64,000 nucleotides of DNA from Alphaproteobacteria bacterium (GCA_037190985.1 JBBCKE010000022.1:8405-72404); one strand, 5' to 3'. Positions 7,957 through 17,490 are shown, numbered from the stretch's first letter. The notes: generated from the sequence alone by a model not told the origin. Program-made: numbers and translations.

Positions 7957-10900
7957 TCACGTCCGCAGCACGCGGTAGATCGCCGGGATGACCAGCACCG
8001 TCAGCAGCGTCGACGAGGCGAGGCCGAACAGCAGCGAGATCGCCAGCCCCTGGAAGATCGGGTCGGCGAGGATGACGCCGGCCCCGATCATCGCCGCGAG
8101 CGCGGTGAGCAGGATCGGCTTGAAGCGGATCGAGCCCGCCTCGATCAGGATTTCCGTGAGGCTGCGCCCGGCGGGATCGGTATGGCGGATGAAGTCGACG
8201 AGCAGGATCGAGTTGCGCACGATGATGCCGGCGAGCGCGATGAAGCCGATCATCGAGGTGGCCGAGAACGGCGCGGAAAACAGCCAGTGGCCGCCGAGGA
8301 TGCCGATGAAGGTCAGCGGGATCGGCGTCAGGATGACGAGCGGCACCTTGAACGAGCCGAACTGGGCGACGACGAGGATGTAGATGCCGAGCAGCGCCAC
8401 CATGAACGCCGCGCCCATGTCGCGGAACGTCACCCACGTCACCTCCCATTCGCCCTCCCACAGCAGCGTCGGGAGGCGCTCGTCCTGCGGTTGGCCATGG
8501 AGCGAGATCACGGGTTTCGGCAGGTCGCCCCAGTCCTGCACGTCGATCGCGGCCTGCACGGCGAGCATGCCGTAGAGCGGGGCCTCGAAATCGCCGGCGA
8601 GCTCGGCCGTCACCATCTCGGCGGCGCGGCCGTTGCGGCGGAACACCGGCAGCGAGGCCCGCTCCCCGACGACGCGCACCACGTCGCCGAGCTCGACCAC
8701 GCCGCGCGCGCCCGGCAGCACGTTGGCCGGGATCGGCGTCGTCAGGAAGCGCTCGTCGAGCCGGCGCTCGGCCTTCGGCCGCTCGATACGGATCGGGATC
8801 GGCCGCCGCCCGCCGGCGCGATGCGAATAGCCGACCGTCGCGCCGCCGTTGAGGATGGCGATGGTGTCGAGCACGTCGCCCTCCTCGACCCCGAAGAACT
8901 CGAGGTCGTCGCTCGAGACGGTGGCGCGCAGCCGGCGCGGAGCGACGCCGTACGAGTTGTCGACGTCGACGATGTAGGGAACCGAGCGGAACGCGGCCTC
9001 GACCCGTTCCGCCACCGCGCGCCGCGTCGCCGCGTCCGGCCCGTAGATCTCGGCCAGCAGCGTCGCCATCACCGGCGGCCCGGGCGGCGGCTCGACCACC
9101 TTCAGCACGGTGCCTGCCGGCATGGCGACGGCCGCGATCCGCTCGCGGATGTCGAGCGCGATGGCATGGCTGGCGCGCGGCCGCGCGCCCTTGGGGCGCA
9201 GATTCAGCGCGACGTCGCCCATCTGCGGCTCGGTGCGGTAGAAGGAATGCCGCACCAGCCCGTTGAAATTGTAGGGCGCGGCGGCGCCCGCGTGGGTCTG
9301 GACGGACCTGACCTCGTCGAGCGCCAGCACCACCGCCGCCACCCGCTGCGCCACCGCGTCCGTGTCCTCGACCGAAGCGCCTTCCGGCAGGTCGATGGTG
9401 ACGGAGAGCTCCGACTTGTTGTCGAAGGGCAGGAGCTTCACCGTCACGTCCCGCGTGTAGAACAGGGCGAGCGAGCCGAGCGTCAGCGCCCCGACGAGGA
9501 GGAGGAACAGCCAGCTCCGCGCCTTCGAGGCCAGAACGGGGCGCGCGGCGGAAGCGTAGAGCCGGCCGAGCAGGCCGCCGCCGGCATGGCCGGCCGCGCC
9601 GTGAAGCGGGGCCTTGCCCGCCGCCTTCAGCATCAGCCAGGGCGTGACCATCACCGCGACGAAGAAGGAGAAGATCATCGCCGCCGACGCGTTGGCCGGG
9701 ATCGGCGACATGTACGGCCCCATCATGCCCGACACGAACAGCATCGGCAGCAGCGCCGCCACCACGGTCAGCGTCGCGACGATGGTCGGGTTGCCGACCT
9801 CGGCCACCGCCTCGATGGCCGCCGTCCGACGGTCGCGCCCGTCGGCCATGCCCCAGTGGCGGGCGATGTTCTCGATGACGACGATGGCGTCGTCGACGAG
9901 GATGCCGATGGAGAAGATCAGGGCGAACAGCGAGACGCGGTTCAGCGTGTAGCCCATCGCCCACGAGGCGAACAGCGTGAGCAGGATGGTGACGGGGATG
10001 ACCACGGCCACCACCACCGCCTCGCGCCGGCCGATGGCGAACCAGACGAGCAGGATGATCGAGACCGTCGCGAGGCCGAGATGGAACAGCAGCTCATTGG
10101 CCTTCTCGTCGGCGGTCTCGCCATAGTCGCGCGTCACCTCGACGGCGATCTCGTCCGGGATCAGCACCCCTTCGAGCGCGGCCACGCGATGCAGGATCGT
10201 CTCGGCCACGGTGGCGGCGTTGGAGCCGGCGCGCTTGGCCACGGCGAGCGTGACGGCCGGGACGCGCACGGTTCCGCCGTCCTCGCCGCGGGTGACGGTC
10301 GAGACGATGGCCTCGCCGACCTCGGCGGCGAACGCGACGGTGGCGACGTCGCGGACATAGACCGGTCGGCCGTCGCGCGCGGTGATCAGCAGGTTGCCGA
10401 TGGCGGCCGGCGTCGCCAGCGTCTCGCCGGCCGCCAGCACGATCTGCTCGCCACTGTTCCGGACGCGCCCCGCCGGGAAGGCACGGTTCGCACCGCCGAC
10501 CTTGCCGGCGAGTTGCTGGAGGGTGACGCCGTAGAGCGCGAGCCTTGCCGGGTCGGGCGCGATGCGGATCGCCTCGTCGACCGCGCCGACGAGATAGGCG
10601 GTGCCGACATCCTCGATCTTGGCGATCTCGGTCTTCAACTCGCGCGCCACGCGCGTCAGGTCGTTGGGGCCGATTCGCCCCGCCGCCTCGGGCTTCGGCG
10701 TCAGCGTCAGCGCGACGATGGCGACGTCGTCGATGCCGCGGCCGACGATCTGCGGCTCGGGGATGCCGACGGGAATGCGGTCGATGTTGGCGCGCATCCT
10801 GTCGTGGACGCGCAGCACGGCCGCGTCCGCCGGGGTGCCGACGAGGAAGCGCGCCGTCACCAGCACGGAATCGTCGGCGGTCTGCGAATAGACGTGCTCG

Positions 10901-11184
10901 ACGCCGTCGATGCCCTTGACGATGATCTCCAGCGGCTCGGTGACGAGCTTGACCGCATCCTCGGCCTTCAGCCCGTCGGCGCGCACGAGGATGTCGACCA
11001 TCGGCACCGAGATCTGCGGCTCCTCCTCGCGCGGCAGCGCCGTCAGCGCGACGAGGCCGAAGACGAAGGCGGCGATGAGGAACAGCGGCGTCAGCGGCGA
11101 GACGATGAAGGCGCGCGTCAGCACCCCGGCGATGCCGAGGCCCTTCGGGCCGGGGCCGGAACCGTTGGCGGGCGGCGGCGTCAT
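7957..11184 (-). CDS. RND family efflux transporter permease
   Basis: LPREEEPQISVP, GILVDDAIVVIEN, RNSILLVDF, RFKPILLT. ATG at 11184 overlaps the MFP stop; the ORF-track N-terminal extension is spurious. Confidence 0.93.
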   Translation of the reverse strand: MTPPPANGSGPGPKGLGIAGVLTRAFIVSPLTPLFLIAAFVFGLVALTALPREEEPQISVPMVDILVRADGLKAEDAVKLVTEPLEIIVKGIDGVEHVYSQTADDSVLVTARFLVGTPADAAVLRVHDRMRANIDRIPVGIPEPQIVGRGIDDVAIVALTLTPKPEAAGRIGPNDLTRVARELKTEIAKIEDVGTAYLVGAVDEAIRIAPDPARLALYGVTLQQLAGKVGGANRAFPAGRVRNSGEQIVLAAGETLATPAAIGNLLITARDGRPVYVRDVATVAFAAEVGEAIVSTVTRGEDGGTVRVPAVTLAVAKRAGSNAATVAETILHRVAALEGVLIPDEIAVEVTRDYGETADEKANELLFHLGLATVSIILLVWFAIGRREAVVVAVVIPVTILLTLFASWAMGYTLNRVSLFALIFSIGILVDDAIVVIENIARHWGMADGRDRRTAAIEAVAEVGNPTIVATLTVVAALLPMLFVSGMMGPYMSPIPANASAAMIFSFFVAVMVTPWLMLKAAGKAPLHGAAGHAGGGLLGRLYASAARPVLASKARSWLFLLLVGALTLGSLALFYTRDVTVKLLPFDNKSELSVTIDLPEGASVEDTDAVAQRVAAVVLALDEVRSVQTHAGAAAPYNFNGLVRHSFYRTEPQMGDVALNLRPKGARPRASHAIALDIRERIAAVAMPAGTVLKVVEPPPGPPVMATLLAEIYGPDAATRRAVAERVEAAFRSVPYIVDVDNSYGVAPRRLRATVSSDDLEFFGVEEGDVLDTIAILNGGATVGYSHRAGGRRPIPIRIERPKAERRLDERFLTTPIPANVLPGARGVVELGDVVRVVGERASLPVFRRNGRAAEMVTAELAGDFEAPLYGMLAVQAAIDVQDWGDLPKPVISLHGQPQDERLPTLLWEGEWEVTWVTFRDMGAAFMVALLGIYILVVAQFGSFKVPLVILTPIPLTFIGILGGHWLFSAPFSATSMIGFIALAGIIVRNSILLVDFIRHTDPAGRSLTEILIEAGSIRFKPILLTALAAMIGAGVILADPIFQGLAISLLFGLASSTLLTVLVIPAIYRVLRT

Positions 11185-12146
11185 GGCACGATGACGGTTT
11201 CGCCGGCGGCGAGGCCGGTCAGGATCTCGACGAGGGCCTCGCCGTCGCGCGTCACGGTCTCGCCCGGCACCACGGCGCGCTCGACCGCGCCGCTGCCATC
11301 GACGACGCGGACGAAATCGAGGCCCGAGCGGGTGGCGACGGCCGCTTGCGGCACCAGCAGCGCCTCGCGGCTGCCCACCGGCACCTCGACCGGCACGCGC
11401 GCGTCGACGAAGGCGCGGTCGAGCGTCTCGACCTCGACATCGGCGACGACGCGGCCGTTCTCGATCCGCGGATAGATCTTCGCCAGCCGCCCTTCGCTCT
11501 CCGCCCCGCCGGCGGCGATGCGGATCGGCGCGCCCTCGATCAGGTCGCGCGCGTGGCGCTCGGGGATCGCCAGCCGCAGGAAGAAGCCGCCGCCGCCGAT
11601 GGTGGCGGCCGGCTCGCCGGCCATGACCACCGCGCCCTTCGTCACCGGCACGGTGAGCACGCGGCCCGAGGCCGGGGCGAGCACCGCGCCCTCCTCGCCC
11701 TGCTGGACGACGACGGAGCGCTGCGCCTCGCTCGCGGCGATCTGGCTGCGCGTCACGTCGACATCGGTGCGAAGCTGTTCCAGCCGCTGGGCGGTGACGA
11801 CGCCGCGCTCGACCAGCGAGGAACCGCGGGCGAGCTCGGCCTCGGCCTTGTCGAGCTGCGCCTGGAGCGCGCGCAGCTGCGCGTCGTAGGCGGCGATCTG
11901 GAACGCGATCTTGTCGTCGCGCACTACGGCGATGCGCTGTCCGGCCTCGACGGCGTCGCCCTCGGAGACGAGAAGCTCGACCACGGTGCCGCCGATGCGC
12001 GCGCGCGCCGGCACGAGGTCGCGCGCCTCGACGCGGCCATAGACGGCCTTCCATTCGGGCACGGTCTGCGGCGCGAGCAGGAGGGTTTCGGCGGCAAGCG
12101 CCGGCGCTGCCGTCGCGAGCGCGGCGGCAAGGAAAAGGGAGCGCAT
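11181..12146 (-). CDS. RND periplasmic adaptor (membrane fusion protein)
   Basis: Signal peptide; ARARIGGTVVELLVSEGDAVEAGQ lipoyl-like motif; coiled coil. Confidence 0.92.
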   Translation of the reverse strand: MRSLFLAAALATAAPALAAETLLLAPQTVPEWKAVYGRVEARDLVPARARIGGTVVELLVSEGDAVEAGQRIAVVRDDKIAFQIAAYDAQLRALQAQLDKAEAELARGSSLVERGVVTAQRLEQLRTDVDVTRSQIAASEAQRSVVVQQGEEGAVLAPASGRVLTVPVTKGAVVMAGEPAATIGGGGFFLRLAIPERHARDLIEGAPIRIAAGGAESEGRLAKIYPRIENGRVVADVEVETLDRAFVDARVPVEVPVGSREALLVPQAAVATRSGLDFVRVVDGSGAVERAVVPGETVTRDGEALVEILTGLAAGETVIVP

Positions 12147-12224
12147 GGTCGGGGTCTTTCAGGGCTTCGGACACCCCACCCGGCGGCAAGGCCGGCGGGG
12201 TGCCACGTCGGTCTCTATGTGGGC

Positions 12225-12425
12225 CTAGAAGGCGCAGCCGGGCCGGATGCCGAGGCGCTTCATGACGATCGCCGCCGGGCAGAAGCCGGTGAAGGCCGAC
12301 TGGAGCAGGTTCGCGCCGACGAAGACGGTGAGCCAGACGAACAGCGGCGACACCCACACGGTCAGCGCCACGGACAGGAGCACCATGAGGCCGGCGAAGG
12401 CGAGAACGGAACGGTCAAGGGTCAT
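12225..12425 (-). CDS. DUF2892 / YgaP-like membrane protein
   Basis: 66 aa; VGANLLQSAFTGFCPAA with the conserved Cys; GGAG SD. Confidence 0.88.
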   Translation of the reverse strand: MTLDRSVLAFAGLMVLLSVALTVWVSPLFVWLTVFVGANLLQSAFTGFCPAAIVMKRLGIRPGCAF

Positions 12426-12455
12426 CGGTATCTCCAGCAGGATAATTGTATATAC

Positions 12456-12479
12456 TTATATACGAAGATACGTATATAA
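12456..12479. promoter_or_regulatory. Putative SqrR/BigR operator
   Basis: Perfect 9-bp inverted repeat ttatatacg-aagata-cgtatataa, core ATAC-N8-GTAT, in an AT-rich patch 31 bp upstream of DUF2892. Confidence 0.7.
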
Positions 12480-12570
12480 AAGCAAGAGCGACTTTCCCGC
12501 GATGCCATCCTGTCGCAGGCCGCGCGTCAGGCTCCCCCGGGACGGCCCGCCGCTCCGGGGGAAGCGCGTC

Positions 12571-13770
12571 TTACACCGCCCGCGCCCCGCGCTTGCGGAC
12601 GGCCTGCCAGACGAGCGGCACCAGCACGGCTCCGACGATGGGGAAGATCATCCAGTTGATGGCTTCCCAGCCGGTCGAGGTGAGCAGCGAGCCGGACGAG
12701 AAGGAGGCTATGGCCACCGTGCCGAAGACGATGAAGTCGTTGGCGCCCTGCACCTTGCCGCGTTCCTCCGGCGTGTGACAGTCGGTGATCATCGCCGTCG
12801 CGCCGATGAAGCCGAAGTTCCAGCCGAGGCCCAGCAGGATCAGCGAGACGAAGAAGTTGCCGAGGTCGAGCCCGGCCAGCGCCACCACGCCGGACGCCGC
12901 GATCAGGACGAGGCCGAGCGCGGTGATCTGCTCCTTGCCGAAGCGGGCGATCAGGTTGCCGGTGAAGAAGCTCGGCGCGAACATCGCCAGCACGTGCCAC
13001 TGGATGCCGAACGCCGCCTCGCCGACGGTGAAGCCGCAGCCGACCATCGCCATCGGCGCGGCGGTCATCACGAAGCTCATCAGCCCGTAGGAGACGACGC
13101 CGGCGGCGACCGCGAGCATGAAGCGCGGCGTACGCATGATCTCGCCGAGCGGCCGCCCGGCCACCGCCTGCTGGCCGGCGGGCGGCGCGGCCGGCTTCGG
13201 CGCGCGCAGCATCATCAGCACGGGCAGCGCCAGCAGCGCCAGCACAGCCTGGCTCAGGAAGGAGCCGGCGAAGGGCGCGGCCGGCAGCGCCTCGCGCGTC
13301 CAGATGACGAGCTGCGGCCCGATCACCGCCGCGGCCAGCCCGCCGATCATCACCCATGAGATCGCCTTGGCCTTCAGCGCCCCGGTGGCGGCGTCGGCCG
13401 CGGCGAAGCGGTAGCTCTGGACATAGGCGCCGTAGAAGCCGGCGATGAAGGTGCCGAGGCAGAAGACGACGAAGGTGGCGCCGACGATGCCGAGCGTGGC
13501 GACGAGGCCGGAGACGACACCGATCGACGCGCCGAACAGATAGCCGGTGCGCCGCCCCATCCGCTTCATGATCATCGCCGCCGGGATGGTGCCGAGGGCG
13601 AGGCCGAGATTGTAGAGGCTGACCGGCAGCGTCGCCAGCGCCGGCACCGACGACAGCGTCTGGCCGACGATGCCGCCGAGCGAGATGATGATCGGCGGGC
13701 TGGCCGCACCCAGCGCCTGCGCGGCAGTCAGAACGAGGATGTTTCGCTTAGCGGTCGCCTGGTCGGTCAT
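12571..13770 (-). CDS. MFS transporter
   Basis: 399 aa, about 12 TM; MGRRTG motif A; QSYRFAAAD; QWHVLAMFAPSFFTG. Confidence 0.9.
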   Translation of the reverse strand: MTDQATAKRNILVLTAAQALGAASPPIIISLGGIVGQTLSSVPALATLPVSLYNLGLALGTIPAAMIMKRMGRRTGYLFGASIGVVSGLVATLGIVGATFVVFCLGTFIAGFYGAYVQSYRFAAADAATGALKAKAISWVMIGGLAAAVIGPQLVIWTREALPAAPFAGSFLSQAVLALLALPVLMMLRAPKPAAPPAGQQAVAGRPLGEIMRTPRFMLAVAAGVVSYGLMSFVMTAAPMAMVGCGFTVGEAAFGIQWHVLAMFAPSFFTGNLIARFGKEQITALGLVLIAASGVVALAGLDLGNFFVSLILLGLGWNFGFIGATAMITDCHTPEERGKVQGANDFIVFGTVAIASFSSGSLLTSTGWEAINWMIFPIVGAVLVPLVWQAVRKRGARAV

Positions 13771-13887
13771 GTCGCGTCTCGTCGTTGCCGGGCCGCGGGA
13801 GGAAGGGGCCGGCAGGGGTTGGGGTCGAAAGTGGCTGGATGGTTCGCGGGAACGGTCTGGCGGGATGTCTGCGCCCGGGCTCGGCCC

Positions 13888-13920
13888 CGGGATCAGCGCG
13901 GGATCAGCCCGGGATCAGCA
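13888..13920. repeat. 11-bp tandem repeat x3 spanning the regulator stop codon
   Basis: cgggatcagcg cgggatcagcc cgggatcagca. Confidence 0.85.
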
Positions 13921-14235
13921 TTGCGGCGAGCAATAGGCGCCGTACAGCACCTCCATCACCGCGCGCGCCGGCCCGCTCTCGATGCGATACCAGATCGTCT
14001 GGCCGTCGCGGCGGCCGGCGATGATGCGCTCGCGGCGCAGGAGCGCCAGATGCTGCGAGACCGTCGAATCGCGGATGCCGAGGAATTCGGCGAGCTGCCC
14101 GACCGATTTCTCGCCCTCGATCAGCTGGCACAGGATCAGCAGCCGGTGCTGGTTGGACAGCGCCTTCAGAAGCTCGCTGGCCTCGTCGGCGGCCGCGCGC
14201 ATGACGTTGGGATCGATGGTCGTCTCGATATTCAT
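13915..14235 (-). CDS. ArsR/SmtB repressor, SqrR/BigR persulfide-sensor type
   Basis: LKALSNQHRLLILCQL (helix-2 Cys), VSQHLALLR, C-terminal LYGAYC. This is the two-Cys signature of BigR/SqrR. Confidence 0.88.
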   Translation of the reverse strand: MNIETTIDPNVMRAAADEASELLKALSNQHRLLILCQLIEGEKSVGQLAEFLGIRDSTVSQHLALLRRERIIAGRRDGQTIWYRIESGPARAVMEVLYGAYCSPQC

Positions 14236-14277
14236 AGTTGCGTATCTACATTATTGCGTATATACAGTCAATGCGAA
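14230..14277. promoter_or_regulatory. Divergent promoter/operator array (tandem 16-bp boxes) between the repressor and trxC
   Basis: attc-atagttgc-gtat, ctac-attattgc-gtat, then degenerate atac-agtcaatg-cgaa. Minus-strand TTGACT-N17-TAGATA ends 7 nt before the repressor ATG. Confidence 0.65.
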
Positions 14278-14354
14278 AGACGCACCCGGACCGTCGGGGG
14301 CTCAGTCCCGTGATGCCCGGCCGGCGCACATCGTTCCGAGGGAGTAGCACATAT

Positions 14355-14801
14355 ATGTCCGCCAGTCGCCAGATCGTCTGCCTCGCCTGCTCCGGCATCA
14401 ACCGCGTGTCGCGGGACAGGCCGGCCGAGGCCGCCCTGTGCGGCCGCTGCAAGGCTCCGCTGTTTTCCGGCAAGCCGGCCGAGGTCGACGCCGCGATGCT
14501 CGACCGGCAGGTTCGGAAGGGCGAGGTGCCGGTGCTGGTCGACGTCTGGGCGCCGTGGTGCGGCCCGTGCCGGATGATGGCCCCGGCCTTCGAGGCTGCC
14601 GCCGCCGCGCTGGAGCCCGGGATGCGGCTCCTGAAGCTCAATTCCGACGCCGAGCCGGACATGGCCGCGCGCCTCGGCATACGCGGCATACCGACGATGA
14701 TCCTGTTCGCCGGCGGGCGCGAGGTCGCCCGCGTGTCGGGCGCGATGGCCGCGCAGCAGATCGTTTCATGGGCGCGCGGCAAGCAGGCCGCCACCGCCTG
14801 A
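14355..14801 (+). CDS. trxC: Thioredoxin 2 (Zn-finger thioredoxin)
   Basis: CLAC...CGRC N-terminal Zn sites and WCGPC; ATG at 14355 with GGAG SD. Confidence 0.92.
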   Translation: MSASRQIVCLACSGINRVSRDRPAEAALCGRCKAPLFSGKPAEVDAAMLDRQVRKGEVPVLVDVWAPWCGPCRMMAPAFEAAAAALEPGMRLLKLNSDAEPDMAARLGIRGIPTMILFAGGREVARVSGAMAAQQIVSWARGKQAATA

Positions 14802-14843
14802 GCCTTGCATAAGAACGCGTTTCACTGGGGAGGAAGAACGCCG

Positions 14844-16148
14844 ATGAACAGACGCAGATTTCTTTTGGGCAGCGGCGGCACGGCCGTGCTCGCCGGCTTG
14901 CCTATGGCCTTCACAAGCCCGGCCACCGCGCAGACATCCGATTCGCGCGCCCGCATCGTCATCGCCGGGGCCGGCGCGGCCGGCCTCGCCATGGCCGCGC
15001 GCTTGGCGCGCGGCATGCCGCGGGCGAGCGTCACGATCATCGACGCCAGGAAGGAGCATCACTTCCAGCCCGGCTTCACGCTGGTCGGCGCGGGCCTGTG
15101 GACGCCCGACCGCGTCACGGAGCGCAACGCCGACTACATGCCGCGCGGCGTCGAATGGATCGAGGAGGCGGTCGCCGAGTTCGATCCCGACGCCAACGCC
15201 GTCGTCACCGCCTCCGGCAAGCGTATCGACTACGATTTCCTGATCGTCGCCACCGGCCTGAAGCTCGACTACACGGCGATCGAGGGCATGGACGCCGCGC
15301 TGATCGGCAAGGACGGCATCGCCTCGATCTATGCCGGCCCGCAAGAGGCCGCCGCCTCGGCCGCGGCCATCGACCGCTTCATCGAGACCGGCGGCGTCGG
15401 CCTGTTCGGCCGCCCGGCCGGCGAGATGAAATGCGCCGGCGCGCCGCTGAAGATCACCTTCGTCACCGACGACAAGGCCCGCCGGCAGGGCCGGCGCGGC
15501 GTAGTCGAGCTGATCTACAACGCCCACGGCCCGGCCGTGTTCGCGGTGCCGCCGGTCAACAACAAGGTCAAGGAGATGTTCTCCGCGCGCGGCGTCGCGG
15601 TCAATTACGGCCATGTGCTGACCGCCATCGACCCCGGCGCGAAGCGCGCCACCTACCGCACCGAGGGCGGCGACGTCACGCTCGACTACGATTTCATCCA
15701 CGTCGTGCCGCCGATGCGCGCGCCGGACGCGGTGCGGGCGAGCCCCTTGCCGTGGCAGGAGGGCAACCTCGCCGCCGACGGCTGGGTCGAGGCCGACAAG
15801 CCGACGCTGCGCCATCCGCGCTACCCGAACGTCTTTTCCGTCGGCGACATCGCCGGCGTGCCGCGCGGCAAGACGGCCGCCTCCGTCAAGTGGCAGGTGC
15901 CGGTCGTCGCCGACAACCTGATCGCCGAGACGGCCGGGCGCACCCCAAGCGCGACCTATAACGGCTACACCTCCTGCCCGATGGTCACCGGCTACGGCAA
16001 GGCGATGCTGATCGAGTTCGACTATGACGGCACGCTGATCCCCTCCTTCCCCTTCATCGACCCGCTGAAGGAATTGTGGGTGTCGTGGCTGATCGAGGAA
16101 AAGGGCCTGCTCGGCGCCTATCGCGCCATGCTGCGCGGCCGGGCCTGA
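14844..16148 (+). CDS. sqr: Sulfide:quinone oxidoreductase-like flavoprotein with Tat signal
   Basis: MNRRRFL twin-arginine leader; GAGAAG FAD motif; MKCAGAPLK and YNGYTSCP active-site Cys motifs as in type II SQRs; GGAGG SD. Confidence 0.8.
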   Translation: MNRRRFLLGSGGTAVLAGLPMAFTSPATAQTSDSRARIVIAGAGAAGLAMAARLARGMPRASVTIIDARKEHHFQPGFTLVGAGLWTPDRVTERNADYMPRGVEWIEEAVAEFDPDANAVVTASGKRIDYDFLIVATGLKLDYTAIEGMDAALIGKDGIASIYAGPQEAAASAAAIDRFIETGGVGLFGRPAGEMKCAGAPLKITFVTDDKARRQGRRGVVELIYNAHGPAVFAVPPVNNKVKEMFSARGVAVNYGHVLTAIDPGAKRATYRTEGGDVTLDYDFIHVVPPMRAPDAVRASPLPWQEGNLAADGWVEADKPTLRHPRYPNVFSVGDIAGVPRGKTAASVKWQVPVVADNLIAETAGRTPSATYNGYTSCPMVTGYGKAMLIEFDYDGTLIPSFPFIDPLKELWVSWLIEEKGLLGAYRAMLRGRA

Positions 16149-16160
16149 GGAGAGAGGACA

Positions 16161-16538
16161 ATGAGCGATTTCAACCCCGTCACCCTGTTCTTCATCCTGT
16201 CCGAAAGCATGGGCGGCTGGCTGTGGCTGCTGCTCGCCGCCGCCGTGCTGCTGCTCGGCGGCATCGTCCTCGGCCTTGCCCGGCTGCGCCGCGCCGGCCG
16301 GCCGGCGAAGCGGCCGCTGATGGCGGCGGCGATCATGGGCACGCTGGCGACCGTCGTGTTCGCCTTGCTGATGCCGGCATGGACGCTCGCCGGCATCGAC
16401 GCCTTCGCCTCCGGCCTCGACGTCGCCATCGCCGTCCTGCTGGCGCTGGTTCCCGGCGCGATGATCGCCGCGCTCATCTTCACCATGGCGTCGCTGCGCT
16501 GCGCCTCGCGCGGCCTGCGCGCCCAAGTGGTGGCCTGA
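16161..16538 (+). CDS. Small membrane protein (DUF5368-like) downstream of sqr
   Basis: 125 aa, about 3 TM; strong SD (GAGGA); 12 bp after the sqr stop. Family call tentative. Confidence 0.7.
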   Translation: MSDFNPVTLFFILSESMGGWLWLLLAAAVLLLGGIVLGLARLRRAGRPAKRPLMAAAIMGTLATVVFALLMPAWTLAGIDAFASGLDVAIAVLLALVPGAMIAALIFTMASLRCASRGLRAQVVA

Positions 16539-16545
16539 GGCGGGA

Positions 16546-17490
16546 TTAACTGTCGGCCGGCGGAGCCTTGCCCGCCAGCCGGCGGAACCAGCCCGACAGC
16601 AGGAACGGCGTCAGGTACATCGGGATCTGGAAGCAGCCGATGAACAGCAGGAGCTCGTCGATGGTCGCGGCCGGCAGCACGCTGAGGAACAGCGCCGCGT
16701 TGCGGTTGCCGGCGACGATGCCGATGGCCGGCGCGGCCGAGGGCTGGCGGCGCGCGACCCACGCGCTGACGGCGAGCTGGATCGGCATGTTGATGGCGAA
16801 GGCGGCGGCGAGCGCCGCAAGGAAGCCCGGCCGGTCGTTGACCAGCGCCGGGCCGATCGCCGACATCAGGCCGATGACGACGAGGCCGAGCAGCAGCGCC
16901 GCCAACCCGTCCATGGCGAGATAGGACCGCTCGCTCGCCCTGACGATGCCGAGCTTGCGCAGCGCCACAGCGGCCGCGCCGGCGAGCGCGATCAGCGCCA
17001 GGAGCTCGAGCGCGGCGCGCACCACCGCCTGCGGACTGCCGAAGGCGGGCATGACCATGAACACCGGGATGACGGTCGCCGGCAGGAGTGCCGTGCCGAG
17101 GACGAGCTGGCGCAGCGCCGGGGCCGGGTCGCCCCCCGCCATCAGCGTGATGTTGGGGCTGCCCGTGATCGGCGCGGCGGCGAGCACCAGCACCGCGCCC
17201 ATCGCCAGCGGATGGGCCAGCACCCCCGCCGCCATGAAGAGCGCCGCGGCGGCGAGCGGCAGCGCGAGCTGGAACAGGACCGTGAGTGCGGCGGCGCGAT
17301 GCAGCCCGCGCAGGCCGGCGACCAGCCCCTCCGGACCCAGCCGCAGCATGGCGAGGAACAGAAGCCCGACGATCATCGGCGCGATGGCCGGGCGGAACAG
17401 GAAGGCGAGGTCGGGCAGGAAGGCGCCGAGCAGGAGGCCCGCGATCAGCACCAGGCGCCCGTTGCGGGCAAGGAACGCCAGAACCGGCAC
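16546..17490 (-). CDS. Bile acid:sodium symporter-like membrane transporter
   Basis: Hydrophobic throughout; AAAPITGSPN and AGNRNAALF motifs; GTG at 17490, 2 bp after the upstream stop. Confidence 0.75.
   Translation of the reverse strand: MPVLAFLARNGRLVLIAGLLLGAFLPDLAFLFRPAIAPMIVGLLFLAMLRLGPEGLVAGLRGLHRAAALTVLFQLALPLAAAALFMAAGVLAHPLAMGAVLVLAAAPITGSPNITLMAGGDPAPALRQLVLGTALLPATVIPVFMVMPAFGSPQAVVRAALELLALIALAGAAAVALRKLGIVRASERSYLAMDGLAALLLGLVVIGLMSAIGPALVNDRPGFLAALAAAFAINMPIQLAVSAWVARRQPSAAPAIGIVAGNRNAALFLSVLPAATIDELLLFIGCFQIPMYLTPFLLSGWFRRLAGKAPPADS

Noticed and set aside
11185-12357. ORF-track N-terminal extensions implying fusions or frameshifts (RND 1466 aa; likewise TetR 608, CheB 570, XerC 633, MoeA 552 aa)
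   Set aside because: The extensions overlap other real genes in a different frame or strand, and plausible internal start codons exist at the family N-termini.
13888-14277. Short direct repeats as a mini-CRISPR
   Set aside because: Units are 11-16 bp, abut without unique spacers, and no cas genes are present.
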